A stretch of 64,000 nt of DNA from Burkholderiales bacterium (GCA_035499735.1 DATJYC010000050.1:658-64657), one strand, 5' to 3'. Numbered from the stretch's first letter, positions 34,169 to 44,874 are shown. Notes: generated from the letters alone by a model not told the origin. Made by a program: numbers and translations.

Positions 34169-35389
34169 ATGGATGCGCGGCGCGCGTGGCCGAAGGAAGG
34201 CATTACCCGCATCCCGTACTGGATCTACTCCGACCCGGAGATCTACGCGCGCGAGCAGGAGCGCGTGTTCTGCGGCGCTTACTGGAGCTATGTCGCACTG
34301 GAGGCCGAGCTTCCCGAGCCGGGCGATTTCAAGCGGACCTTCATCGGCGAAAAGCCGGTCGTGGTGGTGCGCGACAAGGACGGCTCGATCAACGCCGTGG
34401 AGAATCGCTGCGCGCATCGCGGCGTGCAATTCTGCCAGCGCCACCTCGGCAACGCCTCCGAGTTCATGTGCCCCTACCACCAGTGGACCTACGATCTGAA
34501 GGGCAATCTGATCGGCGTCCCGTTCCGCCGGGGAGTGAAGAAGCAGGGAGGCATGCCAGCCGACTTCAATCCGGAGGATCACGGGCTGCGAAAGCTCTCC
34601 GTGGCGCGCCGCCACGGGGTGATCTTCGCGTCGTTCGCATCCGAGCTGCAGCCGCTCGAGGAGTACTTCGGGCCCGCGATGCTCGCCCTGTTCGACCGGG
34701 TCTTCGACGGGCGCGAGCTCAGGCTCCTCGGCTACTCGCGCCAGCTGATTCCCGCGAACTGGAAGCTGATGTTCGAGAACATCAAGGATCCCTACCACGC
34801 GAGCCTCCTTCACGTGTTCCTCGTGAGTTTCGGCCTGTTCCGCGCCGACCAGCCTTCCCGGGTGGAGATGGATTCCACCGGACGGCACGGCGCCCTCATC
34901 TCCTCGCGCGGCGAGCAGAAGAGGACCGACGACAACGCGGACATGAAGTCGCTGCTTGCCAACTTCCGCCTTCAGGACCCGGCGCTGCTCGATCCGGTCC
35001 GCGAATTTCCTGACCACACCGTGGTGATGACCACGCTCTGGCCCAACCTCATCATCCAGCAGCAATCGAACACCCTGGCGATGCGTCAGCTCGTCACCCG
35101 GGGCCCTGGCGAGTTCGAGCTGGCCTGGACCTTCTTCGGCTACGCTGACGACGACGAGGCAATGACCCGGCGGCGGCTGCGGCAGGCCAACCTGATGGGG
35201 CCGGCCGGTTTCGTCTCGATCGACGACAGCGAGGTCATGAAGTTCTCCCAGGCAGGGGTCGGACCCTATCCCGATTCGGCCGGCGTGATGGAGATGGGTG
35301 GACGCGACTGGAAGGATGAGTCGCACATGGTTACCGAGTCCGTGATACGGGCCTTCTACGACTACTATCGACAGGTCATGGAGATCTAG
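34169..35389 (+). CDS. Rieske non-haem-iron ring-hydroxylating oxygenase, alpha subunit (TphA2/NagG/anthranilate-dioxygenase-like clade)
   Basis: Rieske CAHRG...CPYHQW motif; catalytic-domain motif NWKLMFENIKDPYHASLLH. About 406 aa, collinear by eye with terephthalate dioxygenase and salicylate-5-hydroxylase large subunits as recalled from memory. Confidence 0.88.
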   Translation: MDARRAWPKEGITRIPYWIYSDPEIYAREQERVFCGAYWSYVALEAELPEPGDFKRTFIGEKPVVVVRDKDGSINAVENRCAHRGVQFCQRHLGNASEFMCPYHQWTYDLKGNLIGVPFRRGVKKQGGMPADFNPEDHGLRKLSVARRHGVIFASFASELQPLEEYFGPAMLALFDRVFDGRELRLLGYSRQLIPANWKLMFENIKDPYHASLLHVFLVSFGLFRADQPSRVEMDSTGRHGALISSRGEQKRTDDNADMKSLLANFRLQDPALLDPVREFPDHTVVMTTLWPNLIIQQQSNTLAMRQLVTRGPGEFELAWTFFGYADDDEAMTRRRLRQANLMGPAGFVSIDDSEVMKFSQAGVGPYPDSAGVMEMGGRDWKDESHMVTESVIRAFYDYYRQVMEI

Positions 35390-35439
35390 CTTTATGTTTA
35401 AGATGGAGAATATTGTGGCAATCGAACGTTCGTTCTATT

Positions 35440-35940
35440 ATGAGCGCAGCTGAGCGCTACCTGGCTCTAAGCGCCGGAGACTTGCGCCTGGCGGTCGAGG
35501 AGCTCTACGCCGACTACGCGGCCTGCCTCGACGAAGAGCGCTTCGAGGACTGGCCGGAGTTCTTCACCGACCCCTGCCTCTACAAGATCGTGCCGCGCGA
35601 GAATTTCGAGCGCGGCCTGCCGCTGGCGACTTGGCTGTGCGAGAGCAAGGGCTTTCTCGCCGACCGGGTGACCGCGATCCGCAAGACCGCGGTGTACGCG
35701 CCGCGCTACCTTCGCCGCATGGTGAGCGGGATACGCGTGCTCGGCTGGACCGACGCGGTGCTCGAAGTCCGCGCGAGCTACCTGGCGGTTGAAACCCTGC
35801 AGGACGAGCTCACCCGCGTCTTCAACGCCGGCCAGTATCGCGACAAGCTGGTCGTCGACGGCGGCAAGCTGAGGTTTCGTGAAAAGCTCTGCATCTTCGA
35901 CAGCATTCTCGTTCCCAACAGCCTGATCTATCCCCTCTAG
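35440..35940 (+). CDS. Ring-hydroxylating oxygenase beta subunit (SnoaL/NTF2-like)
   Basis: 166 aa, LYADYAACLDEERFEDWPEFFTD...YKIVPRENF pattern of small subunits; directly follows the alpha subunit. Start taken at ATG 35440. Confidence 0.85.
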   Translation: MSAAERYLALSAGDLRLAVEELYADYAACLDEERFEDWPEFFTDPCLYKIVPRENFERGLPLATWLCESKGFLADRVTAIRKTAVYAPRYLRRMVSGIRVLGWTDAVLEVRASYLAVETLQDELTRVFNAGQYRDKLVVDGGKLRFREKLCIFDSILVPNSLIYPL

Positions 35941-35943
35941 CGA

Positions 35944-36255
35944 ATGAAAGAAAACTGGATCAAAGTCGCAGCGGCCGCCGATGTTCCCGCGGACGGAACC
36001 CTGCTCGTCAACCTCGGCGCCGAACCCGTCTGTCTCTACAACCTCGCCGGCAGGATCTTCGCGACCCACGACACCTGCACCCACGGTCAGGCGAGCCTCG
36101 CCGACGGTTTCATCGAGGGCGAGGAAATCGAATGCCCGCTGCATCAGGGCCGGTTCCACATCGCCACCGGCAGGGCGACGGCCGTGCCGTGCACCGAGGA
36201 CATCCGCTGCTACGGGGTAAAGGTCGAGAACGGCGCGGTGTTCCTGAAGGAGTAG
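35944..36255 (+). CDS. Rieske-type [2Fe-2S] ferredoxin component
   Basis: 103 aa with CTHGQ...CPLHQGRF Rieske ligand motifs. Confidence 0.88.
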   Translation: MKENWIKVAAAADVPADGTLLVNLGAEPVCLYNLAGRIFATHDTCTHGQASLADGFIEGEEIECPLHQGRFHIATGRATAVPCTEDIRCYGVKVENGAVFLKE

Positions 36256-36257
36256 CG

Positions 36258-37238
36258 ATGGACAAAGTGGCGCTGACGCTCGCCATCGGCGACTACGAGC
36301 ACACGCGCGATCTGGCGAGCGGACGCGTGCAGGTCCAGGGGGTGACCCTCAACGTGCTGACGCTGTCGCCGGAAGAGACCTTCTTTCGCTTCACCCGATT
36401 CCGCGAGTGGGAAGTATCCGAGATGTCGATGGGCAAGTACGTCGCCCTGCGCTCGCAGGACGACGACAGCATCGCGGCGATCCCCGTCTTCCCCTCGCGT
36501 GTGTTCCGCCACTCGATGATCTACGTGCGCGACGGAGGCGGGATCGAGCGGCCGGAGCAGCTGAAGGGCGCCCGTATCGGCGTGCCCGAATGGGCGCAGA
36601 CCGCCGTCGTCTACGCGCGCGGTTACCTCGTGCACCAGGTCGGCGTGCCGCTCGATTCGCCCGACTGGGTACAGGCAGGCGTGAACGAGTTCGGCCGCGT
36701 CGAGAAGGTGAAGCTCAGGCTGCCGGGCGGGGTGCGGCTTAAGCCCGAGCCCGGCCGCTGCCTCAACGACATGCTGCTCGCAGGCGACCTCGACGCGGTG
36801 CTGTCGGCGCGCCCCCCGATCGGCCTCGGCAGGGGAATCCGTCGGCTGTTTCCCGATTACGAAGCCGCGGAGGAGGCCTATTTCAGGCAGACGGGCATTT
36901 TCCCCATCATGCACGTGATCGCGATCAAGGCCGACGTGCTCGCGCGCCATCCCTGGCTCGCGATGAACCTGTACAAATCCTTCGACGAGGCGAAGCGCCG
37001 CTCGCTCGAGCGTCTGTCCGACATCACCGCCTCGCACGCGCCCCTCGCCTGGATCGCGCCGTACGCCGAGCGCATGAAGGCGCTGTTCGGCGAGGACTTC
37101 TGGCCCTACGGCCTGGAGCGGAATCGCAAGACCCTCCAGGCCTTCGTCGACTATGCTTTCGAGCAGGGCGTCTGCCACCGCAGGCTCGCGCTCGAAGAGC
37201 TGTTTCCCAGGCAGGTGCTGACTTCGTTCAAGGTGTGA
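36258..37238 (+). CDS. 4,5-dihydroxyphthalate decarboxylase-like protein (periplasmic-binding-protein-fold, cytoplasmic)
   Basis: MDKVALTLAIGDYEHTRDL..G.V...GV.LNVL.LSPEETFFRF.RF.EWEVSEMSMG...AIPVFPSRVFRHS.IYV...FPDY...YF..TGIFPIMHVIAIK...FWPYGLE.NRK.L. This matches my recollection of the PhtD/Pht5 family pattern. Confidence 0.7.
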   Translation: MDKVALTLAIGDYEHTRDLASGRVQVQGVTLNVLTLSPEETFFRFTRFREWEVSEMSMGKYVALRSQDDDSIAAIPVFPSRVFRHSMIYVRDGGGIERPEQLKGARIGVPEWAQTAVVYARGYLVHQVGVPLDSPDWVQAGVNEFGRVEKVKLRLPGGVRLKPEPGRCLNDMLLAGDLDAVLSARPPIGLGRGIRRLFPDYEAAEEAYFRQTGIFPIMHVIAIKADVLARHPWLAMNLYKSFDEAKRRSLERLSDITASHAPLAWIAPYAERMKALFGEDFWPYGLERNRKTLQAFVDYAFEQGVCHRRLALEELFPRQVLTSFKV

Positions 37239-37239
37239 C

Positions 37240-38235
37240 ATGAGCGACGCGATCTGGATCACGGAAAGCGAAGTCGTCCAACTGATGGATCTCAAGGAGG
37301 CCATCGCGGCGCTCGAGGCTGCGCTGCGCGAGGAGGCGCGCGGCGAGGCGCAGAATATGACCAAGACGCTCCTCCAGTACGGTAGGAACAACCTGCACGC
37401 GATCGGCGCGAAGCTGGGGCCCCTCGTCGGCACCAAGACCTGGACTCATACCCAAGGCGGCACCTGTCCCCTGCTCCTCCTGTGGAGCGCCGAGGACGGC
37501 TCGCTCGCCGCGGTGATCGAGGCCTTCGCGCTCGGCAACCTGCGCACGGGCGGCATCTCGGGCGTCGCGGCCGACTGGATGGCAGGAAAAGACGCCAAGG
37601 TCATGGCGCTCGCCGGAACGGGCAAGCAGGCGCTCGCGCAGGTCGGAGCGATGGTCGCCGTGCGGCCGATCGAGCGGCTGCAGATCTACAGCCCGCGCGC
37701 CGAATCGCGCGAGGAATTCGCGGGAAAGGCGCGCGAGGAGTTCGGCGTCGAGACGAAACCCTGCGCCTCAGCGGAAGAGGCGTGCAGGGGCGCCCAGATC
37801 GTGACGCTGGTGACCCGGGCCTCGCGGCCTTTCGTGAGGGCGGACATGCTCGAGCGGGGGGCGCACTTGAACGCGGTGGGCGCCATCGCTCCGGACCGGG
37901 AGGAGTTCTCCCAGGACGTCTTCGACCGGGCGACGCGGGTCGCCGTCGACAACCTCGCTGCCGTGCGGCAGCTCTCGCGCGAATTCATGACGCGCTACGC
38001 ATCGAGCGGCTGGGAGGGGGTCCTGCCCTTGTCGGAGCTTGTCGCGCAGGGGAAAAGGCGGGCGGACTCGGACGATATCTCGCTCTTCAAGGCGATGGGG
38101 ATGGGCATCTCGGACCTTGCGCTCGGCGTCGAGCTGGTTCGGCGGGCGCGCGAGCGCGGGCTCGGCCGCCCCATCCCGCAGCCGAAGAAAGCCAAGGCCC
38201 GGCTCGCGGCGGGACGAGCCAAGAGCCCCGTCTAG
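37240..38235 (+). CDS. Ornithine cyclodeaminase / mu-crystallin family NAD(P)-dependent protein
   Basis: OCD_Mu_crystall pattern: LRTGGISGVAADWMA, Rossmann ALAGTGKQALAQV, VTLVTRASRPF, LNAVGA. Confidence 0.82.
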   Translation: MSDAIWITESEVVQLMDLKEAIAALEAALREEARGEAQNMTKTLLQYGRNNLHAIGAKLGPLVGTKTWTHTQGGTCPLLLLWSAEDGSLAAVIEAFALGNLRTGGISGVAADWMAGKDAKVMALAGTGKQALAQVGAMVAVRPIERLQIYSPRAESREEFAGKAREEFGVETKPCASAEEACRGAQIVTLVTRASRPFVRADMLERGAHLNAVGAIAPDREEFSQDVFDRATRVAVDNLAAVRQLSREFMTRYASSGWEGVLPLSELVAQGKRRADSDDISLFKAMGMGISDLALGVELVRRARERGLGRPIPQPKKAKARLAAGRAKSPV

Positions 38236-38269
38236 GGAGTACGATCCGTTCTCGAGCGCAGGAGGCGGC

Positions 38270-39394
38270 ATGAACGACTTCAGGAAGCACTTTCAGCGGC
38301 TGCAGGGCCGCTTCGTCGACCGTACCGGTCACGAAGCGGCAGACGAGAACAGCTACTGGGCCCCGATCGTGGTCGCCCGGGCGGAGATCGACGCCGAGGT
38401 CGAGCGCCTCGCGAGCCTGCCGCTGCCCGCGAACGGCAGGCGAGAATCGCTGATCGTCCATCCTCAGGCGGAGGGGTACGCGCCCGGGTTCGCGCCCGGC
38501 ATCCAAGTGAAGCTCTCCGTGCTCAAGCCGGGCGAGAGGTCCGCGGCTTTCCGCCACAACGCAACCGAGGTGAACTTCTGCATCCGCGGCTCGGGCGCGA
38601 CGCTCGTCGCCGGGAAGCGCATCGCTTTTGAGCAATACGACGTGTGGAATCACCCTTCATATGCAGTCTATCGCCACACGAACGACGGCAAGGATGTCCA
38701 GGTCAGGCTCACGTATTCGAACGTTCCCTTGTTGCAGCATATGCAGGTGTATCTCCCGGAAGACGAGCCGGAGGTGGAGCTCCGCTCGGTGGAGGAAGCG
38801 GAGGCGGGCGCGAGCGACCCGCGCCGCAAGAGCCCGTACGGAATGATCCGCATCGGCGCAGACGGCGGCATGCTGATGCCCTATGAGATCCTCATCAACC
38901 CGGAAGCGGTCGTGTCCAAGCCGCTGCATTTCCCCTGGAAGGACGTGAAGCGCGAGCTCGACAAGCTCGAGGCGCTCGGCAAGGACTACGTCGGGCGGCG
39001 CCTCTATATGATGTACAACCCGGTCACCGGGCGTACGAACGGAATCACTCCGAATTTCTTCGCGACCATGACCATCCGGCCGCCGAAGATCGTCGACCGC
39101 CCGCACCGGCACGTGTCGGCGGCGATCAACTACTACTTCCACGGCACAGGCTATTCGACAGTCGCGGGCAACCGGTACGAATGGGGGCCGGGCGACCTGA
39201 TGCTCTCGGCGCCGGGCTGGGCGGTGCACAACCACGCGTCCAACGACGACTACGTCTACGAGCTGACCGTGCAGGACCAGCCGCTCAACATCTACATGGA
39301 ATCGCTGCTGTGGCAGGAGAACCTGAAGAAGCCCGCTGCGCTGCTCGGCAGCGAGCCGGGTTTCGAGACCAACCGCGACAAGGCCGCCGCGTAG
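38270..39394 (+). CDS. Bicupin protein, gentisate-1,2-dioxygenase-like
   Basis: 374 aa with two cupin barrels. The C-terminal barrel carries HRH...H...H (PHRHVSAAINYYFHG...WAVHNH); the N-terminal barrel has only FRHN. AGGAGG precedes ATG 38270. Confidence 0.72.
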   Translation: MNDFRKHFQRLQGRFVDRTGHEAADENSYWAPIVVARAEIDAEVERLASLPLPANGRRESLIVHPQAEGYAPGFAPGIQVKLSVLKPGERSAAFRHNATEVNFCIRGSGATLVAGKRIAFEQYDVWNHPSYAVYRHTNDGKDVQVRLTYSNVPLLQHMQVYLPEDEPEVELRSVEEAEAGASDPRRKSPYGMIRIGADGGMLMPYEILINPEAVVSKPLHFPWKDVKRELDKLEALGKDYVGRRLYMMYNPVTGRTNGITPNFFATMTIRPPKIVDRPHRHVSAAINYYFHGTGYSTVAGNRYEWGPGDLMLSAPGWAVHNHASNDDYVYELTVQDQPLNIYMESLLWQENLKKPAALLGSEPGFETNRDKAAA

Positions 39395-39402
39395 CCTGAG
39401 GT

Positions 39403-40365
39403 CTACTCCGGCTTGATGTTGGCGTCGCGCGCGAGCTTGGTGTACATCGCCAGCTCCGTCTTCATCGTCTCGAGGAGCTGCTCGGGCGTGGTTCCCACGG
39501 CTTCGAGGCCGACGCTATTCAGGCGCTCCTTGACCACCTGCGGATCGCGCACGATCTTGTTGATCTCGGCATTCAGGCGATCGATGATGGGCCGCGGCGT
39601 GCCCGCGGGTGCCATCACGCCCAGCCACACGGTGACCGCGTAGCCGGGCAGCGGCCCGGCCTCCGCGATCGTCGGGATATCGGGAAGAATCGCCGTTCGC
39701 GTGGGAGCGGCGATCGCGATCGGCCGTAGCTTTCCGGATTTGTAGTGCGGCAGCAGCGAGTTCTCGGCGGCGATGGTGAAATCGATCTCTCCCGACAAGA
39801 GCGCGGGGATGATTCCGGCCGAGCCCTTGTAGGGTACGTGCACGACGTTGATGCCGGTCATCGAGCGCAGCAGCTCGACGGCGAGATGGTGCGGCGAGCC
39901 GACTCCCGCGGTGCCATAGGTCAGCGGCTTCGGCGATTTCTTGGCGTATTCGATGAACTCCTTCAGCGAGTGCACCGGCATGGCGGAATTGACGGTCAGA
40001 CCGAACGGAATCGTCGCGGCGAGCGAGATCGGCTCGAAGTCCTTGATCGGGTCGTAGGGGAGCTTCGCTACGACTGCGGCGCTCATGACGTGCGCCGACT
40101 CCGACATCAGTATCGTGTAGCCGTCTGCCGGCGCCTTGGCCACGAAGTCGCGCGCGATGTTCCCGGCCGCCCCGGGCTTGTTCTCGACCACGAATGGCTG
40201 GCCGAGCACTGGCTGCAGGTGCTCGGAAAGCAGCCTCGCCAGATAGTCGGGCGAGCCGCCCGGCGGAAGCGGGACGACGAAGCGGATGGAGTGGTTCGGC
40301 CATGGCTGCGCGAGCGCGGCCGCCGGGAGCGCGAACAGCGCGCATAGAAGGATTCGCGGAGTCAT
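39403..40365 (-). CDS. Tripartite tricarboxylate transporter substrate-binding protein (Bug/TctC family)
   Basis: Signal peptide, then IRFVVPLPPGGSPDYLARLL...ENKPGAAGNIA...YGTAGVGSPHHL, the Bug family pattern. Confidence 0.9.
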   Translation of the reverse strand: MTPRILLCALFALPAAALAQPWPNHSIRFVVPLPPGGSPDYLARLLSEHLQPVLGQPFVVENKPGAAGNIARDFVAKAPADGYTILMSESAHVMSAAVVAKLPYDPIKDFEPISLAATIPFGLTVNSAMPVHSLKEFIEYAKKSPKPLTYGTAGVGSPHHLAVELLRSMTGINVVHVPYKGSAGIIPALLSGEIDFTIAAENSLLPHYKSGKLRPIAIAAPTRTAILPDIPTIAEAGPLPGYAVTVWLGVMAPAGTPRPIIDRLNAEINKIVRDPQVVKERLNSVGLEAVGTTPEQLLETMKTELAMYTKLARDANIKPE

Positions 40366-40382
40366 GTCGTTCTCCTCGCTGG

Positions 40383-42173
40383 TCAGCGTTTCTGGCTCGC
40401 GCCCGAGCCGCTCATGTTGGTGTCATAGCCCGGGGCCACGCGCACGTCGACAACGCACACCGCCCCGTCCCGCGCCAGGCGCAGCCCCTTCTCGATCGCC
40501 GGCGCGAGACCGGAGACCTCGGTCACCGGGCCGATGCCTTCGGCGCCCTGCGCGCGGGCCATCATCGCGAGGTCGATGTCGGGCCCGCTGATGCGCTGCC
40601 CGATCCAGCGGTTCTCGAGGGGCCGGGAGCGCTCCTTCGCGACCCGCTCCTGATGCAGCTCGTCGTTGAAGAACGAACGGTTGTTGGCGACAAGGACGAG
40701 GCACGGTATGCCGTAATGCGTCGCGGTCCACAGCGCGGTGTTGCCCATGAGGAAGTCGCCGTCGCCCATGATCGCAACCGGAAGCCTGCCGCTCCCTTTG
40801 AGCGCGAGCGCCGCGCCCACGGTGATGCCGGGGCCCGCGCCGACGCCGCCTCCCCCCTCGGAGCCGATGTAATCGAGTGGATGCCGGAAGTGGCGGTACG
40901 CGCCGTGCCAGCCGAGCGGCAGGCGCGTCATGCAGACGTCCGTGCCTTGGGTCGCGGCGTTCAAGGCGTCGGCGAGCGTGCGTAGGGTCACCTTGTCCGA
41001 AGCAGCCGGGAGAGGCTGCGGCTGGGCCGCGACTGCAGCCGGGCGGCCCTTCACCGCGTCGAGAAGCAGCGGCACCACCGCGTCCGGCTCGCACATCATG
41101 TAGACATCCACGGGCGGCAGGCCCTGGTAGTCCATGCTCCAACCGCGGTGCAGGTGCGCGTCGGGAGAGACGTGGATCACCTTCGCGCCGACCGGCTCTC
41201 CGCCCCACGCCTGCTTCAGCACGCCCGCGAGGTCGACCCAGTCGAGCGCGAGCACCACGTCGGCTTCGCGCAGCAGCTTCGCCGTGTCCGGAGAGAGAAA
41301 GGTCGCGGGCGGCGCGGCGTGCAGCGGGTGGTCGGTGGGAAACGCCGCGCCGAGCTTGATGTCCGTAAGAACGCGCGCCTGCAGCTTCTCGGCGAGCGCG
41401 ACGCGGTCCTTCCACGCCGGCTCGCTCCTGCCGACGCGGCCGGCGAGGATCGCCGGGTGCTTCGCACCCGAGAGCAGCTTCACCGCGGCCTCGATCGACG
41501 CAGCCTGGGGCCGCACCGGGTCTGCGGGGCGAAAGCGCTTCACGTCGGGAAGCGCGGGCAGCGGGCCGACCTTCGCTTCCTGCAGGCCGGCGTCCAGGTT
41601 GACGTAGGTCGGCCCTCGGGGCGCGGTGCTCGCGATCTGCGCGGCACGCAGGATCGCCTCGTACGCCGCCGCGACGGAAGCCGGCTGGTTGTCCCACTTC
41701 GTGTAGTCGCGCACGAGCGCGCCCTGGTCGGAGGCGGTGTGGATCCAGTCGATCCAGGGCCTGCGCTTCGCCGCATCCCAGGGGCCGGTCGCGCCGAGGA
41801 CGAGCATCGGCACGCGGTCGCACCAGGCGTTGAAGATCGCCATGCTCGCGTGCATCAGTCCGACGTTCGAATGCACCACCGCGCCCATCATGCGCTCCGA
41901 GACCTTGGCGTACCCCTGAGCGATCGCCACCGCCGACTCCTCGTGCAGGCACAGCAGCATCTGCGGGCGCGTGTTGCCGAGGTAATTGACGATGGAGTCG
42001 TGCAGCCCGCGGTAGCTCGCTCCAGGGTTGAGCGCAAGATAGGGGATGTCTACGGCGCGCAGCACCGCGGCGATCGCGTCACTGCCCCAGACTTCCTTCT
42101 GCTCGGGGCTCGCGACAGGCGCCTCAGCGCGGACTCCCGAGATGTTTTCCTTGGCGTTCATGGCGGCGATCAT
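40383..42173 (-). CDS. Thiamine-diphosphate-dependent enzyme (acetolactate synthase / benzoylformate decarboxylase superfamily)
   Basis: N-terminal Pyr domain (ALNPGASYRGLHDS...HEESAVAIAQGYAK) and C-terminal ThDP motif GDGDFLMGNTALWTA...NN. Start at ATG 42173 (ATGA overlap); the track ORF is 91 codons longer. Confidence 0.85.
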   Translation of the reverse strand: MIAAMNAKENISGVRAEAPVASPEQKEVWGSDAIAAVLRAVDIPYLALNPGASYRGLHDSIVNYLGNTRPQMLLCLHEESAVAIAQGYAKVSERMMGAVVHSNVGLMHASMAIFNAWCDRVPMLVLGATGPWDAAKRRPWIDWIHTASDQGALVRDYTKWDNQPASVAAAYEAILRAAQIASTAPRGPTYVNLDAGLQEAKVGPLPALPDVKRFRPADPVRPQAASIEAAVKLLSGAKHPAILAGRVGRSEPAWKDRVALAEKLQARVLTDIKLGAAFPTDHPLHAAPPATFLSPDTAKLLREADVVLALDWVDLAGVLKQAWGGEPVGAKVIHVSPDAHLHRGWSMDYQGLPPVDVYMMCEPDAVVPLLLDAVKGRPAAVAAQPQPLPAASDKVTLRTLADALNAATQGTDVCMTRLPLGWHGAYRHFRHPLDYIGSEGGGGVGAGPGITVGAALALKGSGRLPVAIMGDGDFLMGNTALWTATHYGIPCLVLVANNRSFFNDELHQERVAKERSRPLENRWIGQRISGPDIDLAMMARAQGAEGIGPVTEVSGLAPAIEKGLRLARDGAVCVVDVRVAPGYDTNMSGSGASQKR

Positions 42174-43813
42174 AGCAGGTGTCCAACGACCCGAGCGAGG
42201 AGCGCGTCGGCGTCCGCCGCCGGCGCGTTTCCCCGCCACGCGACGTGGTGATCGGGGCGGATGAGCGCGAGATCGCGCGCATACAGGTCCCGCGCCTCGT
42301 CGCTCGCGACGTCGACTACGGACAACGGCAGGCCGCGGCGGCGCGCCGCCGCCTCGATCGAGCCGACGTCGATCCCGGGGTCGAAGCGCAACAGCGTGAA
42401 ATCGCGGCCGAAGCGGTCGAAGATCGAGACGCCGTCCTCGAGCCACAGGTGGGGCGCGCGCGCTCCCGGCACGGCGCTCGGCGCGTACCGGTGCCAGTCG
42501 TCGGGCGGCGGCGCCGAGCCGTCGGTGACGACGATAGGGGAGCCCCCGTAGAACACTCCCAGATGGATTCCCGGGATTTCGAACTCGGTCGCGGCGTGGC
42601 GCAGGAGCCGCTCGCCGAGCGCTGCGCGGGCCGCATCGCCCGCCGCGCCCGGGTCTTCCAGCTCGGGCGCGAGCGCTATCCTCCCGATGGAATCGGCCAT
42701 CGCGCGCGCGAAGCGGGTGTTGCGCTGGGCGATCGGCCTGCGCTCGCGCTCATAGCTCGCGAGGAGCCCCGTCCCGCCCCAGCCCTGGCAGGCGGCGGCG
42801 AGCTTCCAGCCGAGGTTCGACGCATCGTCGACCGAGGTGTTGTAGCCCTGGCCGCCGGTCGGCGTGAAAAGGTGCGCCGCGTCGCCCGCGATGAAGACGC
42901 GCCCGGCGGCGAAGCGCTCCGCGACGAGCGTGAAGCCCGCGGTCCACTCCGCGATGCCCAGGATCTCGAAGGCGAACTCGCGCCCGGCCGCGCGCAGCAG
43001 CGACTCGCGCGCATAGCTCTCGGGATAAGCGCCCTCGCGCGGGAGCTGGACGTGCAGCACCCACAGCTCGCGGCCGTCGATGGCGTTCATGAGCGCGCGC
43101 TGCTCTCGGTTCATCGCCCAGTACTGCCAGGCGCGCGGCGCGCGCACGGCGTCGTAGAACGCGCTCGAGCGCACGTAAACGGCGAGCATCCTGCCGCCCA
43201 TGAAATCGCGCTCTTCGCGCGAGAGTCCCTCGTAGCCCGCGCCGAGCGCCGCGCGCACCAGGCTCCTCGGGCCGTCGCAGCCGACCGCATAGTCGGCCGT
43301 GATGCGCTCGCTTCTGCCGGTTGCGACCTCCTCGACGCTGACCCTTACGCCGCTTTCGCGCTGCTCCATGGCGACCGCGCGCCAGCCGAAGCGCACGTCC
43401 ACCGCGGGCCACCTTTCCGCGTGCTTCTTGAGGATGGCCTCGATGTACATCTGCTGCACGCGGTGCAGGGGCTCGGGCGTCGGCCAGCGCGAAGCCGCGC
43501 CTTCGCGCGCCTCGACGGCCTCGCGCCGGCTTCGACCCTTGAGGCGCGCAAGCTCGTGCCCCGTGTAGCGGGTGAAGTAGGCGATGTCCTGCGGGTAGTC
43601 CTCGGGAAGGCCGAGCGCGCGCATCTCGGCGGCGAAGCCGAGCCGCCGGTAGTGCTCCATCGTGCGCGAGGTGGTGGCGTTTGCCTTGGGGAGAGTGGGA
43701 GGGCCCGGGTCCTCCTCGAGGAGAACGCAGGGCACGCCGCGGCGGCCGAGCTCGATCGCGAGGATCAGGCCCGAGGGACCGCCTCCGACGATCGCGACGC
43801 GGGTGCGCGTCAT
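42170..43813 (-). CDS. FAD-dependent aromatic-ring monooxygenase (PHBH fold, PheA/TfdB/MhpA-like, with C-terminal thioredoxin-like domain)
   Basis: VAIVGGGPSGLILAIELGRRGV dinucleotide motif; DG..S.VR; GRVFIAGDAAHLFTPTGGQGYNT; 547 aa. Confidence 0.88.
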   Translation of the reverse strand: MTRTRVAIVGGGPSGLILAIELGRRGVPCVLLEEDPGPPTLPKANATTSRTMEHYRRLGFAAEMRALGLPEDYPQDIAYFTRYTGHELARLKGRSRREAVEAREGAASRWPTPEPLHRVQQMYIEAILKKHAERWPAVDVRFGWRAVAMEQRESGVRVSVEEVATGRSERITADYAVGCDGPRSLVRAALGAGYEGLSREERDFMGGRMLAVYVRSSAFYDAVRAPRAWQYWAMNREQRALMNAIDGRELWVLHVQLPREGAYPESYARESLLRAAGREFAFEILGIAEWTAGFTLVAERFAAGRVFIAGDAAHLFTPTGGQGYNTSVDDASNLGWKLAAACQGWGGTGLLASYERERRPIAQRNTRFARAMADSIGRIALAPELEDPGAAGDAARAALGERLLRHAATEFEIPGIHLGVFYGGSPIVVTDGSAPPPDDWHRYAPSAVPGARAPHLWLEDGVSIFDRFGRDFTLLRFDPGIDVGSIEAAARRRGLPLSVVDVASDEARDLYARDLALIRPDHHVAWRGNAPAADADALLARVVGHLL

Positions 43814-43819
43814 CGCGCT

Positions 43820-44874
<1,055 letters not shown>

